The position numbers were made by a program, and so were the translations under genes. Shown here piece after piece: positions 1 to 9,195 of a DNA stretch of 37,891 nt. The notes under the pieces were generated by a model. It made no database searches. It had not been told where the DNA came from and saw only the letters and a program-made list of their open reading frames with translations. Location of the stretch: the sequence record SRR22947727_319, one strand, 5' to 3'. The stretch's first letter is position 1, and the number at the start of each line of letters is the position of its first letter.

Positions 1-1
1 T

Positions 2-388
2 TGGACGGATTACAACGGCCATATGAATGAGGGGCGCTACGGGCAAGTGTTTTCCGATGCTGCGGATAGTTTTATGATTTCGATCGGGGCCGATGCTGCA
101 TATATCGCCGCTGGGCATAGCTATTTTACCGCCGAAACCACTGTGAAATATCTGCAAGAAGCCTATGCCGGGCAGCATATCTACGTTGAAAGCGAGGTTT
201 TGCTTGCCGAGGGCAAAAAATTGAAGCTGCGCCATTTTATGCGCGCCGATGATGGTACGACCTTAGCAAGCTGCGAGCAATTCATGCTGCATGTCAGCCT
301 GAGCACCCGAAAATCATGCGCGCCTTTGCCCGAGGTGGCGGATCGTTTGAATGCGTTGAAATTGGCGCTTGAGGAGCAAAGCTTATGA
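2..388 (+). CDS. 5'-truncated hot-dog-fold thioesterase domain; probably the C-terminus of a carnitine 3-dehydrogenase/betainyl-CoA thioesterase fusion, or a stand-alone CdhB-like thioesterase
   Basis: The frame is open from base 2 and reads WTDYNGHMNEGRY, a 4HBT/FcbC-type DxNGHMN motif, so the ATG at 23 is internal. Its stop overlaps the next ATG (ATGA), and the carnitine CoA genes lie downstream. Confidence 0.75.
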   Translation, partial: WTDYNGHMNEGRYGQVFSDAADSFMISIGADAAYIAAGHSYFTAETTVKYLQEAYAGQHIYVESEVLLAEGKKLKLRHFMRADDGTTLASCEQFMLHVSLSTRKSCAPLPEVADRLNALKLALEEQSL

Positions 389-1545
389 ATTTTGGATTGA
401 GCGAAGAGCAGGAGATGATCGTCAACACGGTGCGCAGCTTTGTTGAAAAAGAGATTTACCCGCATGAAGATCTGGTCGAGCAAAGCGCAGAGGTACCCCG
501 CGAAATCGCCCAGGACATCAAACAAAAAACCATTGATATGGGTTTTTACGCGTGCAACTTTCCCGAATCTGTGGGCGCAGCTGGTCTTTCCCATGTTGAT
601 TTTGCCTTGGTCGAGCGCGAGTTGGGCCGAGGCTCGATGGCGCTAACGCATTTCTTTGGCCGCCCTCAAAATATCCTGATGGCTTGTCAGGGCACGCAGG
701 TGGAACGTTATCTGCGACCCGCCATACGTGGCGAAAAAATGGATGCGCTGGCGATGACTGAACCGGGCGCAGGATCCGACGTGCGCGGCATGGCCTGCAG
801 CGCCCGGCGCGCGGGAGGTGATTGGGTTTTAAATGGTAATAAGCACTTTATATCAGGCGCGGAACATGCTGATTTTGTTATTGTATTTGTTGCCACAGGG
901 GTGGATGAAACGCCGCGGGGCCCAAAGAAACGCATCACCACATTCTTAGTGGATCGGGGCACTCCCGGTTTCACCATTCGCGAGGGCTATAAATCGGTCA
1001 GCCATCGCGGATATAAAAATATGATTTTGGAGTTTGACAATTGCCGATTGCCAGATGCGCAAGTGTTGGGTGAAGTCGATGGCGGATTTTCGGTTATGAA
1101 TGAATGGCTTTATGCAACGCGAATCACGGTGGCCACGATGGCGGTTGGGCGCGCCCGCCGGTGCTTTGAATATGCATTAAACTATGCTGCTGAACGCAAA
1201 CAATTCGGGCAACAGATTGGGAAATTTCAGGGCGTAAGTTTTCAAATTTCTGATATGATCACCGAGATCGACGCGGCCGATTGGCTGACCTTGGCCTCTG
1301 CATGGCGGCTGGATCAAGGGCTGCCCGCAAACCGCGAAATTGCCAGCGCGAAGCTTTACGCCAGCGAAATGCTGGCGCGCGTCACCGATACCACGCTGCA
1401 AATATTTGGCGGTATGGGCTTGATGAGCGATTTCCCAATCGAACGGTTTTGGCGCGATGCCCGCGTCGAGCGGATTTGGGATGGCACGTCGGAAATTCAG
1501 CGCCATATCATCAGCCGCGATTTGTTGCGCCCATTAAATGCTTAG
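385..1545 (+). CDS. Acyl-CoA dehydrogenase; by context probably gamma-butyrobetainyl-CoA dehydrogenase
   Basis: ACAD motifs AMTEPGAGSD, WVLNGNKHFISG, RKQFG and QIFGGMG...RIWDGTSEIQR; co-oriented with caiD. Confidence 0.9.
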   Translation: MNFGLSEEQEMIVNTVRSFVEKEIYPHEDLVEQSAEVPREIAQDIKQKTIDMGFYACNFPESVGAAGLSHVDFALVERELGRGSMALTHFFGRPQNILMACQGTQVERYLRPAIRGEKMDALAMTEPGAGSDVRGMACSARRAGGDWVLNGNKHFISGAEHADFVIVFVATGVDETPRGPKKRITTFLVDRGTPGFTIREGYKSVSHRGYKNMILEFDNCRLPDAQVLGEVDGGFSVMNEWLYATRITVATMAVGRARRCFEYALNYAAERKQFGQQIGKFQGVSFQISDMITEIDAADWLTLASAWRLDQGLPANREIASAKLYASEMLARVTDTTLQIFGGMGLMSDFPIERFWRDARVERIWDGTSEIQRHIISRDLLRPLNA

Positions 1546-1575
1546 GTTGCTTTGAGATAAGGCAAGGGGGATAAA

Positions 1576-3636
1576 TTGCAGGATCTCGATCGATTGTTAA
1601 ACCCGAAATCCATCGCTGTGATTGGCGGCGGCGTCTGGGGGCGATCGGTCATTGCGCAATGCCAGAAAATTGGCTTTGAGGGACCGATTTTTCCGGTACA
1701 TCCCTCTGCTCAAACGCTTGCAGGTTTATCGGCATTTCAGGATATTTCAGATTTGCCGATGGCGCCTGATGCCGTGTTTATCGGGGTAAACCGCCATGCG
1801 ACCATCGACTGTCTTGGCAAATTGTCTGCATTGGGGGCAGGGGGCGCGGTATGCTTTGCCTCCGGGTTCTTAGAGGCGCAAAACGAAACCGAAGATGGAG
1901 AGGCCTTGCAAGAGGCTTTGCTTCAGGCCGCGGGCGAGATGCCCTTCATCGGGCCCAATTGTTATGGGTTTGTGAATTATCTTGAGGGGGCTGCGCTCTG
2001 GCCTGATCAGCATGGTGGGGTGCGTGTGAATTCGGGTGTGGCCATCCTCACGCAAAGCTCAAATATTGCGATTAATATCACCATGCAGCAGCGTGGCCTG
2101 CCAATTGCCTATGCGGTGACGGTTGGCAATCAGGCGCAGATCGGGATGTCAGAAATTGGTCTGGCCTTGCTGCGCGATGCGCGCGTCACCGCCTTGGGGT
2201 TGCATATTGAAGGCGTGGGAGATTTGCGGGCGTTTGAAGCTTTGGCGGCAGAGGCGCGGCGCCTTGGAAAAGGCATTGTTGCGTTAAAAGTTGGCCGCTC
2301 GCTGCAAGCGCAGGCGGCCACTTTATCGCATACCGCCTCGCTTGCGGGCGATGCTGCGGCGGGCGATGCGTTGCTTGCGCGGCTGGGCATTGGGCAAGTG
2401 CGCTCGTTGCCCGAATTGGTCGAAACTTTGGTGCTGCTAAACCAGATTGGGCCACTTACGGGCCATCATATCGCTTCGCTTTCCTGTTCGGGGGGCGAGG
2501 CCAGCCTGATTGCCGATACTGCTTTGGACTATGATGTGGTATTTCCACCTCTTGATGGGCAGCAGCTTAGCGGGTTGCGCGCTGCTTTGGGGCCCATGGT
2601 GTCTCTGGCCAACCCTCTGGATTACCACACTTATATTTGGGGCGATGAGGCGCGCATGACGGCGGCGTTTGCGGCAATCCTCAGCGGTGATGTGGCGCTG
2701 GCTTGCGTGATCGTTGATTTCCCCCGCTCTGATCTATGCGATCCCTCGGCTTGGCGCTGCGTGATTTCTGCTGCGCGCGCGGCCGCTAAGACGAGCGGCA
2801 AGCCAGTGGTCCTTCTGGGCAGCTTTCCAGAAAATATCCCTGAAGCGTTGGCCTTAGACCTATCCGGCGGCGCTGTTGTTGCGTTGCGCGGCTTGCCCGA
2901 GGCGCTCTGTGCAATCGCGGTGGCGGCCTTTATCGGCCGCCGGCACCTACCGCATCTGCCGCCGCCCCTTGTTTTAGGCGCACCGCCGCGCCGTATCCAT
3001 CTGATCTCTGAGGCGCAGGCCAAGCAAGATCTTGCCAAATTCGGGGTTTTAATCCCGACAGGTGCGCTGGTGGCTTCCGCGGCCACGGTCGAGCAGGAGG
3101 CGGCAGGGCTTGGCTTTCCCGTCGTTTTGAAAACCATGGGCTTGGCGCATAAATCGGAAGCAAATGCAGTGCATTTGAACCTTGGCAATCTGAAAGAGGT
3201 TCAGCGCGCCTTGTCTGAGATGCCACAGGGCAGTTTTCTGATCGAAAATATGGTGCAGGGGGCGGTGGTAGAGCTATTGCTCGGGGTTGTGCGCGATCCG
3301 GCGCATGGGTTTCTGTTAACGCTGGCAGCTGGCGGTGTGCTGACTGAGCTGCTGGAAGACAGTGCGTCCTTATTGTTGCCGGTGACCGCACAGGATGTTG
3401 AGCATGCGCTGGACAGCTTGAAAGTTAACAAAATTCTTCGGGGCTTTCGGGGCAGGCCAAGCGGCAACCGGGCCGCGGTGATTGCTGCTGTTTTGGCGCT
3501 TCAGGACTATGTGCTTGCGCATAAAGATCAGATCGAAGAAGTTGAAATCAACCCGCTTATTGTGACGCCAAACGCGGCGATTGCGGCGGATGCATTGATC
3601 AGAATAGGACATTTAGATGACACAGACTCCGATTAA
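1576..3636 (+). CDS. NDP-forming acyl-CoA synthetase (acetate-CoA ligase family; CoA-binding, ligase and ATP-grasp domains fused); probable gamma-butyrobetaine/carnitine CoA ligase
   Basis: LNPKSIAVIG, GPNCYG, SHTASLAG (phospho-His motif), NPLDY, GFPVVLK and EVEINPL; TTG start preceded by AAGGGGG. Confidence 0.85.
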   Translation: MQDLDRLLNPKSIAVIGGGVWGRSVIAQCQKIGFEGPIFPVHPSAQTLAGLSAFQDISDLPMAPDAVFIGVNRHATIDCLGKLSALGAGGAVCFASGFLEAQNETEDGEALQEALLQAAGEMPFIGPNCYGFVNYLEGAALWPDQHGGVRVNSGVAILTQSSNIAINITMQQRGLPIAYAVTVGNQAQIGMSEIGLALLRDARVTALGLHIEGVGDLRAFEALAAEARRLGKGIVALKVGRSLQAQAATLSHTASLAGDAAAGDALLARLGIGQVRSLPELVETLVLLNQIGPLTGHHIASLSCSGGEASLIADTALDYDVVFPPLDGQQLSGLRAALGPMVSLANPLDYHTYIWGDEARMTAAFAAILSGDVALACVIVDFPRSDLCDPSAWRCVISAARAAAKTSGKPVVLLGSFPENIPEALALDLSGGAVVALRGLPEALCAIAVAAFIGRRHLPHLPPPLVLGAPPRRIHLISEAQAKQDLAKFGVLIPTGALVASAATVEQEAAGLGFPVVLKTMGLAHKSEANAVHLNLGNLKEVQRALSEMPQGSFLIENMVQGAVVELLLGVVRDPAHGFLLTLAAGGVLTELLEDSASLLLPVTAQDVEHALDSLKVNKILRGFRGRPSGNRAAVIAAVLALQDYVLAHKDQIEEVEINPLIVTPNAAIAADALIRIGHLDDTDSD

Positions 3637-4402
3637 AACCTCGCGGCGTGGCCATGTGTTAGAGGTGACTATTGACCGCCCAAAAGCCAACGCGATTGAT
3701 TTGGCCACCAGCCGGATTATGGGAGAGGTGTTTAAAAACTTTCGCGATAACCCTGACTTGCGCGTGGCGGTTTTAACATCAGCGCATGATAAGTTTTTTT
3801 GCCCGGGCTGGGATTTAAAAGCGGCGGCAGAAGGCGATGCGGTTGATGGTGATTATGGCGTGGGGGGCTTTGGCGGCCTGCAAGAATTGCGCGGGTTGAA
3901 CAAACCGGTGATCTGCGCGGTGAACGGTATTTGTTGCGGGGGCGGATTGGAAATTGCCCTGTCTTGCGATCTGATATTGGCCGCAGATCATGCCCGCTTT
4001 GCGCTGCCCGAAATTCGCAGCGGTACGATCGCCGATGCGGCCAGTATCAAGCTGCCCAAACGCATCCCCTATCATATCGCGATGGAAATGTTGTTGACCG
4101 GACGGTGGTTAGAGGCCGAAGAGGCCGCGCGATGGGGCTTGATCAACCATCTTTATCCCAAAGAAGATCTGATGCAAAAGGCGCGTGATCTCGCCGATCT
4201 TTTGGCCTCGGGTCCGCCCTTGGTTTACGCCGCGATCAAAGAGGTGGTGCGCGAGGCGGAAGATATGAAATTTCAAGATTGTCTGAATAAAATCACGCAG
4301 TCACAATTTGAAACGGTTGAGAGACTGTATACATCCGAAGATCAATTGGAGGGGGCGCGGGCGTTTGCAGAAAAGCGCGATCCCATATGGAAAGGCAAAT
4401 AA
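3617..4402 (+). CDS. caiD: Carnitinyl-CoA dehydratase / crotonobetainyl-CoA hydratase (crotonase family)
   Basis: IDRPKANAID, FFCPGWDLKAAAEG, GGFGGL, GGGLE, FALPE and EGARAFAEKRDPIWKG closely follow the CaiD pattern. Confidence 0.88.
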   Translation: MTQTPIKTSRRGHVLEVTIDRPKANAIDLATSRIMGEVFKNFRDNPDLRVAVLTSAHDKFFCPGWDLKAAAEGDAVDGDYGVGGFGGLQELRGLNKPVICAVNGICCGGGLEIALSCDLILAADHARFALPEIRSGTIADAASIKLPKRIPYHIAMEMLLTGRWLEAEEAARWGLINHLYPKEDLMQKARDLADLLASGPPLVYAAIKEVVREAEDMKFQDCLNKITQSQFETVERLYTSEDQLEGARAFAEKRDPIWKGK

Positions 4403-4483
4403 AGGCAAACCCGCGTCAGGCGTCAAATCATTCTTAGGCTGATCAGGCGGGATCAGGGGCTGTTGCGTTTGCGGCGATTTGGA

Positions 4484-5800
4484 TCAGATATCCAGCGTAT
4501 TCTCTTTTTCCCAGGTTGAAAAATGCGCGGCGAATGCATCCCATTCCTGATGCTTTAACTTCAAATAAGCGGCTGAAAACTCATCTCCCAACATCGACTT
4601 TAAGCCTTTATTCTTGTTAAATTCACGCAATGCGTCCAACAGGTTCAAAGGCAGGCGCGGGGCACCGCGCACCTTATGCCCTTCGGCATACATATCAATG
4701 TCATAGCGTTTGCCTGGATCGGCATTGGTGCTCACCCCATCCAGACCGGCGGCAATAATTACGGCTTGCAACAAATAGGGGTTGGCGGCTCCATCCGGTA
4801 GACGCAGCTCAAACCGGCCAGGCCCGGGCACGCGCACCATATGGGTGCGGTTATTGCTGGTCCATGTTACGGTATTGGGTGCCCAAGTGGCCCCCGACAT
4901 CGTCCGCGGCGCATTGATGCGCTTGTAGCTGTTGACCGTGGGGTTGGTAATTGCGGCCAATGCGCCGGCATGTTTCATAATGCCACCCAAAAAGTGCCGC
5001 CCGGATTGCGACAGGCCCAGATCCATCGCATCATCGGCAAAAACATTTGTTTTTGCCGCATTGCCGGCACCATCCCAAACCGAAATATGGGCATGGCAGC
5101 CATTGCCGGTGAGCCCTTCAATGGGTTTTGGCATGAAGGTGGCGCGCAGACCGTGCTTTTCTGCCACGGATTTGGCCATGAATTTGAAAAAGCTGTGCTT
5201 ATCGGCGGTTTTTAACGCGTCATCGAATTCCCAATTCATTTCGAATTGGCCATTGGCGTCTTCATGATCGTTTTGATAGGGGCCCCAGCCCAACTCCAAC
5301 ATATAATCGCAAATTTCGCGGATCACCTCATAGCGGCGCATCACAGCTTGTTGATCATAGCAGGGTTTTGCGGCGGTATCGAACGGATCGCTGATTTGAT
5401 CGCCCTGTGGCGTGAGTAAAAAGAATTCAGCCTCAATGCCGGTTTTCACATGCAACCCCTGATCTGCAGCCCGATCAATAAGCTTGCGCAGCACGTTGCG
5501 CGGGGCCTGCGCGACATCTTCGCCCTCCATCACGCAATTCGCGGCCACCCAAGCCACCTCTGGCTTCCACGGCAATTGAATAACCGAAGACGCATCAGGC
5601 ACCGCCAGCATATCAGGATGGGCGGGGGTCATATCAAGATAGGTTGCAAATCCGGCAAATCCGGCGCCATCCTCTTGCATTTCGGCGATGGCCTGCGCGG
5701 GTACCAGCTTGGCGCGCTGACCGCCAAAAAGATCGGTAAATGACACCATAAAATATTTGACACCTGTTGCTTTTGCAAATGCGGCGAGATCAATGGTCAT
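4484..5800 (-). CDS. gmaS: Gamma-glutamylmethylamide synthetase (GlnT / type III glutamine-synthetase-like)
   Basis: FTDLFGGQRAKLVP, GAGFAGFAT, QNDHEDANGQFEMN, GATWAPN and FELRLPDG; last gene of the mgsA-mgsB-mgsC operon. Confidence 0.92.
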   Translation of the reverse strand: MTIDLAAFAKATGVKYFMVSFTDLFGGQRAKLVPAQAIAEMQEDGAGFAGFATYLDMTPAHPDMLAVPDASSVIQLPWKPEVAWVAANCVMEGEDVAQAPRNVLRKLIDRAADQGLHVKTGIEAEFFLLTPQGDQISDPFDTAAKPCYDQQAVMRRYEVIREICDYMLELGWGPYQNDHEDANGQFEMNWEFDDALKTADKHSFFKFMAKSVAEKHGLRATFMPKPIEGLTGNGCHAHISVWDGAGNAAKTNVFADDAMDLGLSQSGRHFLGGIMKHAGALAAITNPTVNSYKRINAPRTMSGATWAPNTVTWTSNNRTHMVRVPGPGRFELRLPDGAANPYLLQAVIIAAGLDGVSTNADPGKRYDIDMYAEGHKVRGAPRLPLNLLDALREFNKNKGLKSMLGDEFSAAYLKLKHQEWDAFAAHFSTWEKENTLDI

Positions 5801-5847
5801 CTTTTTTATCCTTTCGACTGTGATAGGGGGCTTGGCGGTTTAAGAGT

Positions 5848-7194
5848 TTAAAATGGAGCCTCCGCGCCGGGTATCCAGCTGGTGCCGGCAAGCGGTACGC
5901 CAGCCATGGCGGCAGCTTCAATCGTGAGGGCGCAGAGATCTTCGGGTTCCAAATTGCGCAAATTGTTTTTTCCGCAGGCGCGGGCGATGGTTTGTGCCTC
6001 GAGCGTCAAAACCTTAAGATAGTTCTTTAACCGTCGGCCAGCTTCGATCGGGTCCAGCCGGGCCATCAGTTCGGGATCTTGGGTTGTGATGCCAGCAGGG
6101 TCATTGCCCTCATGCCAATCATCATAGGCGCCCGCTGTGGTGCCCAATGCCTGATACTCGGCCTCCCATTTGGGATCATTATCGCCCAGCGCAATCAAAG
6201 CGGCGGTTCCGATGGAAACAGCATCTGCCCCCAGCGCCATGGCTTTGGCGACATCCGCGCCATTGCGAATTCCGCCCGAGACGACCAATTGAACTTTTCG
6301 GTGCATCCCCAGATCTTGCAGCGCTTTTACCGCCGGGCGAATGCAGGCCAAAGTGGGCAGGCCGACATGTTCGATGAACACATCCTGCGTGGCCGCTGTG
6401 CCGCCTTGCATCCCGTCAATCACCACAACATCTGCCCCTGCTTTCACGGCAAGCGTTGTATCAAAATATGGGCGGGTTGCGCCTATCTTTACATAAATCG
6501 GTATTTTCCATTGGGTGATTTCGCGCAGTTCGGTCAGCTTGATTTCAAGATCATCGGGGCCGGTCCAATCGGGGTGCCGGCAGGCCGAGCGCTGATCAAT
6601 ACCCTTTGGCAGATTGCGCATATCGGCCACGCGGTCCGATATTTTTTGGCCCAAAAGCATTCCGCCACCGCCGGGTTTCGCCCCTTGCCCGACCACCATT
6701 TCAATTGCATCGGCTTTGCGCAGATCATCGGGGTTCATTCCATAGCGCGAAGGCAAATATTGATAGACCAGCTTATCAGAATGCCCGCGCTCTTCTGCTG
6801 TCATGCCGCCATCGCCGGTGGTGGTTGAAGTTCCCGCTGCTGTGGCGCCGCGCCCCAGCGCTTCTTTTGCAGGCCCAGATAGAGCGCCAAAGCTCATCCC
6901 CGCGATAGTGATCGGAATATCCAGTTTAATCGGATTTTGCGCGTAGCGCGTGCCCAATGTAACCGAGGTATCGCAGGTTTCACGGTAGCCCTCTAAAGGG
7001 TAGCGAGAGACCGAAGCACCCAAGAATAAAAGATCGTCAAAATGGGGAACCGCACGTTTTGCGCCGCCGCCGCGTATGTCATAAATACCGGTCGCCGCAG
7101 CGCGGCGGATTTCGGCATTTACCGCCGGCGTAAATGTGGCGGATTGTATCGGTTCGGTGCGCGGCGCTGCCGCGGTTTCAGGGGGTTTGTTCAT
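5848..7194 (-). CDS. mgsC: N-methylglutamate synthase subunit C (GlxD; FMN-binding glutamate synthase domain)
   Basis: AGMSFGALS, TTGDGGM, GQGAKPGGGGML, RHPDWTGPDDL and SGGIRNGADVAKA; lacks the Fe-S cysteines. Confidence 0.9.
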   Translation of the reverse strand: MNKPPETAAAPRTEPIQSATFTPAVNAEIRRAAATGIYDIRGGGAKRAVPHFDDLLFLGASVSRYPLEGYRETCDTSVTLGTRYAQNPIKLDIPITIAGMSFGALSGPAKEALGRGATAAGTSTTTGDGGMTAEERGHSDKLVYQYLPSRYGMNPDDLRKADAIEMVVGQGAKPGGGGMLLGQKISDRVADMRNLPKGIDQRSACRHPDWTGPDDLEIKLTELREITQWKIPIYVKIGATRPYFDTTLAVKAGADVVVIDGMQGGTAATQDVFIEHVGLPTLACIRPAVKALQDLGMHRKVQLVVSGGIRNGADVAKAMALGADAVSIGTAALIALGDNDPKWEAEYQALGTTAGAYDDWHEGNDPAGITTQDPELMARLDPIEAGRRLKNYLKVLTLEAQTIARACGKNNLRNLEPEDLCALTIEAAAMAGVPLAGTSWIPGAEAPF

Positions 7195-7202
7195 TCTTCA
7201 CC

Positions 7203-7886
7203 TTAATAATCGCCGGCATGATCGACGTCAAAATTATAGAGTTTGCGCGCCGATCCATAGCGCTTGAACTCGCTGGGTTTGGCCGTGCTTTCGGCGCGCT
7301 CAAGCAAAGCCTGCACTTCCGCCAAATCTTCGGGCCGCATCTCTTTTTCCATGCAATCCGCACCTAAGGATTTAACTGCCCCGCGCACGAACAGCTTTGC
7401 CTCATATAGGCTATCGCCAAGCGCTTCGCCCGCGTCACCGCAGACAACCATTGTGCCGGATTGCCCCATAAAGGCCGACATATGTCCGATATTGCCATGC
7501 ACCACGATATCAATCCCCTTCATAGAGATCCCGCAGCGAGAGGAGGCATTGCCTTTGATCACCAAAAGCCCCCCATGGCCCGTTGCCCCTGCATACTGGC
7601 TGGCATCGCCCTCAATAATCACCGTGCCGGACATCATATTTTCCGCAACGCCCGGGCCTACAGAGCCATTAATGCGCAGACGCGCCTGTTTGTTCATTCC
7701 CGCGCAATAATAGCCGGTTGAGCCCTCAACCGTGACGTCAATTGGTGCGTCTAATCCAACCGCAATCGCGTGGGCGCCTTTGGGGTTTAAGATCTGCCAC
7801 GCTGTGAGCTTGGTGGCGGTATTTTGATTTTGCAACTGCGCATTGGCCTGTCGCAGGTCTGTTTGGTCTAGATCGATTATCTGCAT
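7203..7886 (-). CDS. mgsB: N-methylglutamate synthase subunit B (GlxC; GXGXG beta-helix)
   Basis: NPKGAHAIAVG, GYYCAGMN, GVAENMMSG, CGISMKG and GDSLYE repeats; lies between mgsA and mgsC. Confidence 0.9.
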   Translation of the reverse strand: MQIIDLDQTDLRQANAQLQNQNTATKLTAWQILNPKGAHAIAVGLDAPIDVTVEGSTGYYCAGMNKQARLRINGSVGPGVAENMMSGTVIIEGDASQYAGATGHGGLLVIKGNASSRCGISMKGIDIVVHGNIGHMSAFMGQSGTMVVCGDAGEALGDSLYEAKLFVRGAVKSLGADCMEKEMRPEDLAEVQALLERAESTAKPSEFKRYGSARKLYNFDVDHAGDY

Positions 7887-8783
7887 TTAATGGGTCCAAA
7901 AATAGACAGTTGCGGGTTCCGGTTCCCAAATATGGGCGTCGGCTATTCCGGGTAAATTCACCAAAGCCCGATATTCCGAGCCGAAGGCAACATATTGATC
8001 GGTTTCCGCCATCACCGCCGGTTTGCAGGCAATCGGATCGCGCAGCACGCCAAACCCATCCTTGGTGCCAACGACAAAGGTGAAAAACCCGTCCAGATCA
8101 TCAAGGCTGCTTTGCAGCGCTTCGCCCAACGAGCTGCCGTTTTGCATTTTCCAAGTTAAATAGGCCGCGCCTACTTCGGTGTCATTTTCGGTATCGATCA
8201 CCACGCCTTCGCGCTGCAATTGACGGCGCAGCGAATTGTGGTTGGACAAGGATCCATTATGCACCAAGCATTGATCCGGGCCGGTGTTAAAGGGGTGGGC
8301 GCCCATCGTGGTCACCGCGCTTTCGGTGGCCATTCTTGTATGGCCAATGCCGTGGGTGCCTTTCATCAGCGGGATATCAAACCGCTCTGCAACGCTTTTC
8401 GGGAGGCCAATATCTTTGTAAATCTCGATGTTATCGCCCGTGCTCATAACTCTGATGCCGGGATGAGCCCGGCGAATTCGGGCGCGGAGCTCACCGACCT
8501 GGTTTTGCGCAATTTCAAAAACCGCATGGCTGTTTTTGCGCTGCAAAGCTAGCGGCTGCTGGAAGGTTGATTTGAAATCTGCCTCTAGGGCGGCAAAATC
8601 TTGATCCGGGTGTACAGATTGGATGGTGATTTTGGCGCGATCCTCCACAGCCTCGCTATAGATGGCGATCCCTGCGCTGTCGGGCCCGCGATCCGACATA
8701 GTGACGAGCATATCCGTGAGCATGCGCCCCAACGCAGCTTCCAGCGAGGGGTCTTTTAAGAAAAGCCCAACAATTCCGCACAT
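7887..8783 (-). CDS. mgsA: N-methylglutamate synthase subunit A (GlxB; class II Ntn glutamine amidotransferase)
   Basis: N-terminal MCGIVG, RGPDSAG, GIGHTRMATES, HNG and DTE motifs. Confidence 0.9.
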   Translation of the reverse strand: MCGIVGLFLKDPSLEAALGRMLTDMLVTMSDRGPDSAGIAIYSEAVEDRAKITIQSVHPDQDFAALEADFKSTFQQPLALQRKNSHAVFEIAQNQVGELRARIRRAHPGIRVMSTGDNIEIYKDIGLPKSVAERFDIPLMKGTHGIGHTRMATESAVTTMGAHPFNTGPDQCLVHNGSLSNHNSLRRQLQREGVVIDTENDTEVGAAYLTWKMQNGSSLGEALQSSLDDLDGFFTFVVGTKDGFGVLRDPIACKPAVMAETDQYVAFGSEYRALVNLPGIADAHIWEPEPATVYFWTH

Positions 8784-8919
8784 TATATAATCCTATGAGT
8801 CTGTCGTAAGTTACTGCGTTGCAATTTTTGGCTGCAACCGGGCCCCTGCAAAAATACTTTAGTAAGAAAATTATATGTTTCCAGTCTTGATTGGAGCTTG
8901 TTTCAAAAAACAGAGAATT

Positions 8920-8936
8920 TGCATAAAATTTCTGCA
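8920..8936. promoter_or_regulatory. Possible NtrC-type site upstream of mgsA
   Basis: TGCATAAAATTTCTGCA is a TGC-N11-GCA dyad with an A/T-rich core, about 140 bp upstream of the mgsA start. Confidence 0.3.
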
Positions 8937-8937
8937 C

Positions 8938-8966
8938 AAAAAGGGCAGGCTTGCATAAGCCTGCCC
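8938..8966 (-). terminator. Rho-independent terminator of the amt-small ORF transcript
   Basis: Perfect 10-bp stem GGGCAGGCTT/AAGCCTGCCC with a 4-nt loop. AAAAA at 8938-8942 gives a U-tract on the minus strand, 20 bp after the 62-aa ORF stop. Confidence 0.8.
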
Positions 8967-8985
8967 AATTCTTTTATGTCGGCCT

Positions 8986-9174
8986 CTATTTTTCGGCGTT
9001 TTTGTATTTTTGCGCTTCAGAGCTGTTGCCCATCACCAAAACCACAATGCAAATGATGACCGCAATCAATGTATACCAGCCTGGCGCGCTGCCGCCCCAT
9101 CCGGTAAACATCACGCCGCTTGCACCTTCGGCAAAGATCCCCGACCAATCGCCGGTGTCATATGGAAAACCCAT
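8986..9174 (-). CDS. Small single-pass membrane protein (62 aa) of unknown function
   Basis: Strong RBS (AAAGGGAGA on the minus strand) 21 bp after the amt stop; one hydrophobic helix, WYTLIAVIICIVVLVMG; followed by a terminator. Confidence 0.75.
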   Translation of the reverse strand: MGFPYDTGDWSGIFAEGASGVMFTGWGGSAPGWYTLIAVIICIVVLVMGNSSEAQKYKNAEK

Positions 9175-9195
9175 GGTTTTTCTCCCTTTTCTAGA

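Noticed and set aside
6079-6828. Long antisense ORFs (249 aa here; also 2631-3188, 20389-20961, 21675-22190, 25825-26364 and 35731-36414)
   Set aside because: Shadow frames opposite well-supported genes, expected in GC-rich coding DNA.
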